From: an uncultured virus (IMG/VR IMGVR_UViG_3300030110_004015)
Taxonomy: Duplodnaviria > Heunggongvirae > Uroviricota > Caudoviricetes > Crassvirales
Virus record (IMG/VR): IMGVR_UViG_3300030110_004015
Direction: 5' to 3' (one strand)
DNA length: 20,000 nt
Numbering within the stretch: position 1 is the stretch's first letter; each line of letters opens with the position of its first letter. Made by a program: the position numbers and the translations under genes. Shown here one piece after another: positions 1-6,716 of the stretch. The notes under the pieces are model-generated. The model made no database searches, was not told where the DNA came from, and worked only from the letters and a program-made list of their open reading frames with translations.

Positions 1-3000
1 TTCTGCTAGTGCTTACCAAGGTCATTTTATGAGAACTGGATCTGTAAACGAGTTTGCAAATTTAGAAGATGGAAAAACAGTAGAAGAGCATCAACAACCC
101 GCAAGTGATTTAGCTAAGTTTTTATTTAATAGATTAGCTGAAAGAAGATTGTTTGGTAAAAATGGAACTTTTAAAAACGCTGTAAAAGGTTATCAACAAG
201 GAAAACTACTTGATGTTGATGATAAAAAACTTAAACTTGGAAAAGAGTGGAGTTATCAGTCAGATGCTGGTGAATATATGTATCCTATATTTATGGGTAC
301 AATGCCTATATGGGTTAGATACTTTAACCCAAATGTTAATAACAATAAAGGAGGTATAAATCCTAACGCGTATAAATTATCTAATGGAAATACTATAGCA
401 GAAGAATTTGGTGTTGGCGTGAGCAAAAATCTACAAACACCTACTGTTATAGCTGAACAACAAGATTTATTATATAGAATATTTACAAACCAAGTAACAC
501 AAAAACAAGCTACAAAAGCTATAAATAATTTTGCTAATCTTAAAATAAAAGAAAGTGTTGGTGATCAGGCTATACTAGACAATGCTATCGCTGCATCTAG
601 GACAACAGGAGATCCAAAGGGTATTACAGTGCTAGATTTTGATGACACATTAGCTACGACAAAATCTGGAGTTAGAGCTAGAATACCAAATCCTACTGGA
701 GATCCTAAACCAAGAAGAAAAGTTATATTTTTAGCAGGTGGAGCTGGTAGTGGAAAATCAAACGTTGTAAGCAAATTAGGATTAGAAAATCAAGGGTTTA
801 AAATAGTAAATCAAGATATATCTTTAGAGTGGTTAAAAAAGAATAATGGTTTACCAGAAAATATGAACGATCTTACTAAAGAACAAAAAAGCACGTTAGG
901 TTCTTTGCAACATCAAGCGAGAGGTATTGCTAAAAGAAAAATGATGAAATACCAAGGTCAAGGTGATGGCGTTGTTGTTGATGGTACAGGTGGATCACTA
1001 AGCGTTATGACAAAACTTGTTGAGCAATTTGAGGCTGATGGATATGATGTTAGTATGTTATTTGTAGGAACCTCTGTTGAAACCGCTTTAGAAAGAAATG
1101 CTAATAGAAAAGAAAGATCTTTGTTAGATGTAATAGTTAGAAAAAACCACGAAGCTGTACAAGGTAATAAAAAAGGATTTAAATCAATATTTGGTAATAA
1201 CTTCATGGAAGTAAGCACTGATAAGTTATCGCAACAAGATCCTATGCCTAAAAATCTTGTTAACAAAATGAATGACTTTGTTAGTGGTTATGAAAAAAGA
1301 AGATTAGATGCCGAGCAGTTTGCTTCTGAAGGAGCTGATATATTAGAACAGGGTGGTGAGTTTGATTTTTCAGAATTTAATATAGTTGTAGAAGGACAAA
1401 CAGCACCACTGTTTAATAAAGCAATGAAACTACAAAAAAAGTTTGGTAGTAAAGATATGTTTGTTTTAACAGCAAGACCATCAGAATCAGCACCACACAT
1501 ATATGAATTTTTAAAAGCAAATGGTTTAAATATACCTTTGAAAAATATAACTGGACTTGCTAATTCTACACCTGAAGCAAAAGCTTTATGGATGGCTGGT
1601 AAAGTTGGTGAAGGTTATAATGATTTTTACTTTGCTGACGATGCTTTGCAAAATGTGCAAGCTGTGCAAAATATGTTAGATCAGTTTGATGTTAAATCAA
1701 AAGTGCAACAAGCTAAGGTTAACTTTAGTAAAACAATGAACGATTCATTTAATGATATACTACAAGATGTAACCGGTATTGAGTCTGAAAAAAGATTTGG
1801 AGCTACTAAAGCTAGAAAACGTGGAGCGAGTAAAGGTAAGTTTAGATTTTTTATACCACCATCACACGAGGATTTTGTAGGCTTATTGTATAATTTTATG
1901 GGTAAAGGTGAGCAGGGTAATAAACATAGAGACTTTTTTGAAGAAGCTTTAGTTAGACCTTTAAATAGAGCAAATAGAGAATATGATACTGCAAGACAAA
2001 CTATTGCTAACGATTATAAAGCTTTAAATAAACAGTTTCCAAGTATTAAAAAGAAGTTTAATAAAAAAACACCAGATGGTGATTTTACTTTTCAAGATGC
2101 TATAAGAGTTTATTTATGGGACAAGCATGGTTATAGTATTCCAGGTTTAAGTAAACCAGATCAAGAGGCTTTGGTTAATATAGTAAGGTCTGACGCTGAA
2201 TTAAAAACATATGCAGACGCTTTAAATATAATATCTAAAAGAAGCGATTACGTTAATCCTACAGAGGGTTGGGATTCTGGAGATATAAGAATGGATTTAG
2301 ACGATGCTACCGGTAGAGTTGGTAGAGCAGAATATTTTGCCGAGTTTAACGAAAACGCTGAAGTAATATTTTCTGAAGAAAATTTAAATAAAATAGAAGC
2401 TGCTTATGGTAAAAACGTTAGAAGTGCTTTAGAAGATATGCTTTATAGAATTAAAACTGGTAGAAATAGACCTAGTGGTCAAAATGCTATTGTAAATAGA
2501 TTTATGAACTATTTAAATGGATCTGTTGGTTCTGTTATGTTTTTTAATATGAGATCTGCTTTACTACAGCAAATGTCTATGGTTAACTATATAAACTTTG
2601 CTGATAACAATATATTTGCAGCTGCCAAAGCTTTTGCTAATCAACCTCAATACTGGAAAGATTGGGCATTTATATTCAACTCTGATATGATTAAACAAAG
2701 AAGAGGTGGTATTAGAACAGATGTTAACGGTAATGAACTTGCTCAAGCTGTTAGTAGGTCAAGACACCCAATGAGAACTTTAGTTTCTAAATTATTAGAA
2801 CTAGGTTTTTTACCAACACAAATTGGTGATAATATAGCTATTGCAACCGGTGGTGCTACATATTATAGAAATAGAATAAACAAGTATATAAAAGATGGTA
2901 TGAGCAAAAAAGAAGCTGAAGCGGCGGCTTTTACTGATTTTCAAAATATAACTCAATCAACACAGCAGTCAGCTAGACCTGATATGGTTTCACAGCAGCA

Positions 3001-4045
3001 AGCCTCTCCACTTGGTAAGGTTATATTAAATTTTCAAAACGTAACATCACAGTTTAATAGATTAGGTAAAAAAGCTTTTCAAGATATATATAATAGAAGA
3101 ATAACACCTCCTAATAGTACGCAATTACAGAGTGATGTTTCTAATGCCTCTAGAATAGCTTATTACTTTGCAATACAAAACGCTATATTCTATAGTTTAC
3201 AAACAGCGTTGTTTGCCATGATGTTTGATGATGATGAAGAAGATGAAAGATTTTTAAAGAAAAAAGAGAGAATGATAAATGGTAGTATTGACTCTGTATT
3301 GAGAGGTACTGGTGTTATGGGTGCCGTTATATCTACGTTAAAAAATATGGCTATTAAATTTGCAGCGCAAAGAGATGTTAAGTATAATCCAGACGAAAGC
3401 TCTGTGTTAATGGAAATGTTAAATGTTTCTCCAGTTGTAGGTATTAAAGCTAGAAAAATAACTAATGCTGAAAAAACTCTTAACTATAATAAAAAAGTTA
3501 TTAACCACATGGGTGATTTTGATATTGACAACCCACAGTGGTCAGCAGTTACAAATTATGTTGAAGCGTTTACGAATGTTCCTGTTAACAGATTATATAA
3601 TAAAACACAAAACATTAGACAGGCTTTAAATAATCAAAATGAATCTTGGCAAAGAGCTTTAATGTTTTTAGGTTGGAGTCAGTATAATCTTGGTATTGAA
3701 AATGTTAAAATACAAGACGTTAAAGAAGAGATAAAAATAGAAAATAAAAAAGTTAAAGAACAAAAGAAAATTCAAAAGAAATTAGAAAAAGAAAAAGTTA
3801 ACGAAGCGGTAGTTGAAGAAAACAAAAAGAAGAGCGAAAAAGATGGTATTTGTGCTGCTGTAACTAGAAGCGGTAAAAGATGTAAAACAAAAGTAGTTGA
3901 AGGAAAAACTTTTTGTACAGTACATGAAAAAGTAGAAAAAAGCGAAACTGGTGAGAAAAAACAATGTAAAAAAATAAAGTCAGACGGTAAGAGATGTAAA
4001 ATGCAAACTAATTCAAAGTCAGGTTTGTGTTACTATCATGATTAA
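1..4045 (+). CDS. Giant multidomain phage protein, 5'-truncated (probable virion/ejected polyvalent-type protein): HAD phosphatase with inserted zeta-toxin-like P-loop kinase, long helical region, two C-terminal CCCH fingers
   Basis: The frame is open from base 2 (TCT GCT AGT...ATG at 29), so the gene probably starts upstream of the window. HAD motifs: DFDDTL (635), VLTARP (~1463), AK and YFADD (~1628-1642). Walker A GGAGSGKS at 737-760, then NQD, VVVDGTG and ALERNANRKERS. The C-terminus has two C-x9-C-x10-C-x2-H units. Confidence 0.85.
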   Translation, partial: SASAYQGHFMRTGSVNEFANLEDGKTVEEHQQPASDLAKFLFNRLAERRLFGKNGTFKNAVKGYQQGKLLDVDDKKLKLGKEWSYQSDAGEYMYPIFMGTMPIWVRYFNPNVNNNKGGINPNAYKLSNGNTIAEEFGVGVSKNLQTPTVIAEQQDLLYRIFTNQVTQKQATKAINNFANLKIKESVGDQAILDNAIAASRTTGDPKGITVLDFDDTLATTKSGVRARIPNPTGDPKPRRKVIFLAGGAGSGKSNVVSKLGLENQGFKIVNQDISLEWLKKNNGLPENMNDLTKEQKSTLGSLQHQARGIAKRKMMKYQGQGDGVVVDGTGGSLSVMTKLVEQFEADGYDVSMLFVGTSVETALERNANRKERSLLDVIVRKNHEAVQGNKKGFKSIFGNNFMEVSTDKLSQQDPMPKNLVNKMNDFVSGYEKRRLDAEQFASEGADILEQGGEFDFSEFNIVVEGQTAPLFNKAMKLQKKFGSKDMFVLTARPSESAPHIYEFLKANGLNIPLKNITGLANSTPEAKALWMAGKVGEGYNDFYFADDALQNVQAVQNMLDQFDVKSKVQQAKVNFSKTMNDSFNDILQDVTGIESEKRFGATKARKRGASKGKFRFFIPPSHEDFVGLLYNFMGKGEQGNKHRDFFEEALVRPLNRANREYDTARQTIANDYKALNKQFPSIKKKFNKKTPDGDFTFQDAIRVYLWDKHGYSIPGLSKPDQEALVNIVRSDAELKTYADALNIISKRSDYVNPTEGWDSGDIRMDLDDATGRVGRAEYFAEFNENAEVIFSEENLNKIEAAYGKNVRSALEDMLYRIKTGRNRPSGQNAIVNRFMNYLNGSVGSVMFFNMRSALLQQMSMVNYINFADNNIFAAAKAFANQPQYWKDWAFIFNSDMIKQRRGGIRTDVNGNELAQAVSRSRHPMRTLVSKLLELGFLPTQIGDNIAIATGGATYYRNRINKYIKDGMSKKEAEAAAFTDFQNITQSTQQSARPDMVSQQQASPLGKVILNFQNVTSQFNRLGKKAFQDIYNRRITPPNSTQLQSDVSNASRIAYYFAIQNAIFYSLQTALFAMMFDDDEEDERFLKKKERMINGSIDSVLRGTGVMGAVISTLKNMAIKFAAQRDVKYNPDESSVLMEMLNVSPVVGIKARKITNAEKTLNYNKKVINHMGDFDIDNPQWSAVTNYVEAFTNVPVNRLYNKTQNIRQALNNQNESWQRALMFLGWSQYNLGIENVKIQDVKEEIKIENKKVKEQKKIQKKLEKEKVNEAVVEENKKKSEKDGICAAVTRSGKRCKTKVVEGKTFCTVHEKVEKSETGEKKQCKKIKSDGKRCKMQTNSKSGLCYYHD

Positions 4046-4076
4046 AAAACAAAGAAAACAAGTGATTTACAGATAT

Positions 4077-5159
4077 ATGAAGAAATTAATAATTTTACTA
4101 ATGGTAATTGTTACTTCTTGTGCTGCTCCAAAAAAATGTTGCTCACAAGATTTGCAAAAACTTTTAAAGTTTTCTACGTTTTATGCTGCTGTAAACGGTG
4201 GTACTTCCTTGTCTGATATAAAAGTGTTTTCTGTTGACAATGGTTTATCAACACAAACTATTTCAACTCCTTATGATTACAACTTTACAATAGGTTTACG
4301 TAAGATAGCAAGGTTTGGCTATGAAAATAAAGCACAAACATTTTATGATGGCACGGAATCTAATTACAGTGATGCGGCTACTGTCGGTAAAGTTAAAGGA
4401 GTTGAATACTTATTTGAAGTAGATTACAAAAGGCAAGAGGGTATTGACTATATGGATCAACATCATTTTGTACGTTGGAGTTCTGATGATGGTTGTCCTA
4501 GTGGTTTGTGTGTTAATTACTTTGCTTTAAAAGTAGAATATTTACAAGACGGTTTTGCTGATGTAGAGTATTTCGAAGCATCAGAAAGATACAGACATCG
4601 TAAAGGTAAAAATTTATCTTGGAATATAGGGGCTGTTCATAGGTTATCAGAACCATATGGTTATGATCCGTTGGACGAGTGGATGTTATCAAACGGTAAT
4701 TTACACTATACTTATCTAGCAATTCAAGAAGGATATACTGTGAACGTTGCTAATAGTGAATACTTTGATCCTAACGGAGTTTTAGTTGCAACTAGTCCTG
4801 AAGTATGGGAAGCAGTTGTAATTCCAGAGGTGTTATCAGATTATGTTACAAAAAAACGTAATGAATTAGATAGATTAATACAGCACTCAATAGTTATTGG
4901 CTTTGATTACTATAAATATACAAAGAAAAACTGGTTACACGTTTGGGGTAACTTTATGCCTTGGCATTATAACGATGGTAGTGAATTTTCATATCACAAT
5001 TTTATAGAAGATGATCAGTGGTACGATTATTCGGGTGGGCTAATATACGGAATAAAACAAAATAAAAACTTAGGTTATTTTGTAGAAGGAAAATATAATA
5101 AGTACTGGAATCGTGAGTGGTACGATTTTAAAATAGGATTAAATTACACAATTTTTTAA
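4077..5159 (+). CDS. Exported protein, probable outer-membrane beta-barrel (possible lipoprotein signal)
   Basis: ATG 4077 is preferred over 4038 because it gives the signal peptide MKKLIILLMVIVTSC. Tyr/Trp/Phe-rich alternating strands; ends KIGLNYTIF, resembling the C-terminal beta-signal of outer-membrane proteins. Confidence 0.65.
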   Translation: MKKLIILLMVIVTSCAAPKKCCSQDLQKLLKFSTFYAAVNGGTSLSDIKVFSVDNGLSTQTISTPYDYNFTIGLRKIARFGYENKAQTFYDGTESNYSDAATVGKVKGVEYLFEVDYKRQEGIDYMDQHHFVRWSSDDGCPSGLCVNYFALKVEYLQDGFADVEYFEASERYRHRKGKNLSWNIGAVHRLSEPYGYDPLDEWMLSNGNLHYTYLAIQEGYTVNVANSEYFDPNGVLVATSPEVWEAVVIPEVLSDYVTKKRNELDRLIQHSIVIGFDYYKYTKKNWLHVWGNFMPWHYNDGSEFSYHNFIEDDQWYDYSGGLIYGIKQNKNLGYFVEGKYNKYWNREWYDFKIGLNYTIF

Positions 5160-5160
5160 A

Positions 5161-5442
5161 ATGGCAAAAGAATTAAATGAAGATACGGGTTTCGTATTAA
5201 GTATAAAAACAATGATAGGTTTAGGTTTTGCAATAGCAACTTTAATAGGTATGTGGTTTACGCTTCAAGCAGATATTGCTGAAGCTAAAGAGTTGCCATC
5301 TCCACCAGATCCAGAAGTAACTCGTATGGAGTTTGATATGAAAGATCAAATGATTCGTAACACGATTATGGAAACAAAAAAAGATGTTGAGGAAATTAAA
5401 GAAACTCTAGATAAAATAGAAGATAAATTATATAACAGATAA
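5161..5442 (+). CDS. Single-pass membrane protein with Pro linker and C-terminal coiled coil
   Basis: TM segment IKTMIGLGFAIATLIGMWFTL, linker LPSPPDP, heptad-like TKKDVEEIKETLDKIEDKLY. Confidence 0.75.
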   Translation: MAKELNEDTGFVLSIKTMIGLGFAIATLIGMWFTLQADIAEAKELPSPPDPEVTRMEFDMKDQMIRNTIMETKKDVEEIKETLDKIEDKLYNR

Positions 5443-5447
5443 ATTAA

Positions 5448-5801
5448 ATGGAAAGACAAGATATGTCAAAGGTGTTGTATGTGTTGTTAATGATATTAGT
5501 ATTTATGGCATCACAAGCACTTGCACAAATAGAAGTAAAACATTTTAATGCTGGATGGAATAACGTTAACAGCGTTAAATGGTTTATGGATTTAGAAGAT
5601 TGTAAAACCAAAGGAACGACAGATATAGCTAAAAATCCAAAAATAGCTAAAAAATATAAAATAGCAGTTGTGCCTACTATTATTATATTTAAAGACGGAG
5701 AAGAGGTTGCTAGGTTTCAAGCAGATTTATCATTTAAAATGGTAGCAACTAGAGAAGAAGTACAAGAAGAAATAGATAATCAATTAATGAGCGATTTTTA
5801 A
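5448..5801 (+). CDS. Exported thioredoxin-fold protein lacking CxxC
   Basis: Signal peptide (M)SKVLYVLLMILVFMASQALA|Q. HFNAGWNNVN sits where thioredoxin has F-x-A-x-W-C-x-x-C. The C-terminal half YKIAVVPTIIIFKDGEEVARF is classic thioredoxin. The start may be 5463. Confidence 0.8.
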   Translation: MERQDMSKVLYVLLMILVFMASQALAQIEVKHFNAGWNNVNSVKWFMDLEDCKTKGTTDIAKNPKIAKKYKIAVVPTIIIFKDGEEVARFQADLSFKMVATREEVQEEIDNQLMSDF

Positions 5802-5802
5802 T

Positions 5803-6201
5803 ATGGGATATGTAATGAAAGGTTTTGGTGGGTTTGGTAACTCACCAGCTAAGAAAAAAGGACCTTGTTGGAAAGGTTATGAAATGGTAGGTATGAAAAA
5901 GAAAGGTAGTAGAACGGTTCCTAACTGTGTTCCTTCACCTGCTAAAAACAGTAATGAACCTAGAAAAACAACTAAAGGGCCTGGTAGAAATTTTAGGACT
6001 ACAGAAGAAGGAGCGGGTATGACTGCAAAAGGTGTTGCTGCATACAAAAGAAAAAACCCTGGTAGTAAATTACAAACAGCTGTAACTGGTGATGTAAAAC
6101 CTGGTAGTAAAGCAGCTGGTAGAAGAAAATCGTTTTGTGCTAGATCAAAAGGTTGGACTGGCGAAAGAGGTAAAGCCGCAAGAGCAAGATGGAAGTGTTA
6201 A
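5803..6201 (+). CDS. Small highly basic phage protein (PCWKGY...VPNCVP module plus DUF6321-like RRKSFCARS...RWKC domain)
   Basis: Motifs recognised from marine phage hypothetical proteins; Lys/Arg/Gly-rich. The family name is from memory, not a search. Confidence 0.7.
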   Translation: MGYVMKGFGGFGNSPAKKKGPCWKGYEMVGMKKKGSRTVPNCVPSPAKNSNEPRKTTKGPGRNFRTTEEGAGMTAKGVAAYKRKNPGSKLQTAVTGDVKPGSKAAGRRKSFCARSKGWTGERGKAARARWKC

Positions 6202-6716
6202 AAGGTTTTCCTATAAAAAAATATTTAGATAAAAAACCACCTAGTAACAACTCATTTACTACTATGCAAGAGTTAAAGGAGTTAAACAAGGTGCCTATGA
6301 ATAAAAAATTTGTAAGACAAAAAGATGATGTTGAAAAATGTTTTAGCTCTATAGTTGATGATAAGCCTCTTATAAGACAATTAATGGACGAAACAGTTCC
6401 TATTATAACAAAAATAAAACATCATCACAAAAGACCTAGACCTAAAAAACTTGCAAAAAAATACGGTATGAATATGAAAGACATTGAGATGCCATCAATG
6501 AAAACACCTTCATACCCATCAGGACACTCTGCTCAAGGTGTATTAGTTGGCATGGCTTTAAGTAAAAAATTTCCAAGCAAAAAGAAACAACTAATGAGTA
6601 TGGCAAAAGATATTTCTAAAAGTAGAAACGTTGCGCATGCACATTATAAATCTGATTCTGTTCTTGGTGAAAAAATAGGCAAAGACATGTATAATTATAT
6701 AAAAGATAAACTATGA
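6189..6716 (+). CDS. PAP2/haloperoxidase-superfamily soluble phosphatase
   Basis: All three PAP2 motifs: K-x6-RP (KHHHKRPRP), YPSGH, and SR-x5-H-x3-D (SRNVAHAHYKSD). No TM or signal peptide. Start is ATG 6189 or GTG 6195. Confidence 0.88.
   Translation: MEVLKGFPIKKYLDKKPPSNNSFTTMQELKELNKVPMNKKFVRQKDDVEKCFSSIVDDKPLIRQLMDETVPIITKIKHHHKRPRPKKLAKKYGMNMKDIEMPSMKTPSYPSGHSAQGVLVGMALSKKFPSKKKQLMSMAKDISKSRNVAHAHYKSDSVLGEKIGKDMYNYIKDKL

Noticed and set aside
700..1290. Inserted segment in the HAD domain as an intein or a toxin-antitoxin zeta toxin
   Set aside because: No Cys/Ser start or His-Asn end, and no epsilon-like partner gene. It is an in-frame kinase domain.
565..3964. Short minus-strand ORFs at 565, 958, 1288, 2564 and 3782
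   Set aside because: Antisense shadows of the giant CDS with no motifs. The same applies to the shadow or alternate-frame ORFs at 4513, 8520, 10695, 12791, 13491, 14049, 14714, 14962, 15687, 16997, 18294, 18653 and 19256.
4046..4076. Possible phage late promoter (AAACAAGTGATTTACAGATAT) ahead of the envelope cluster
   Set aside because: Single instance; I found no second copy in the window to define a motif.
5161..5442. Assignment as the holin for the M15 peptidase
   Set aside because: It lies over 5 kb from the peptidase and has only generic TM plus coiled-coil features; not supportable without a search.
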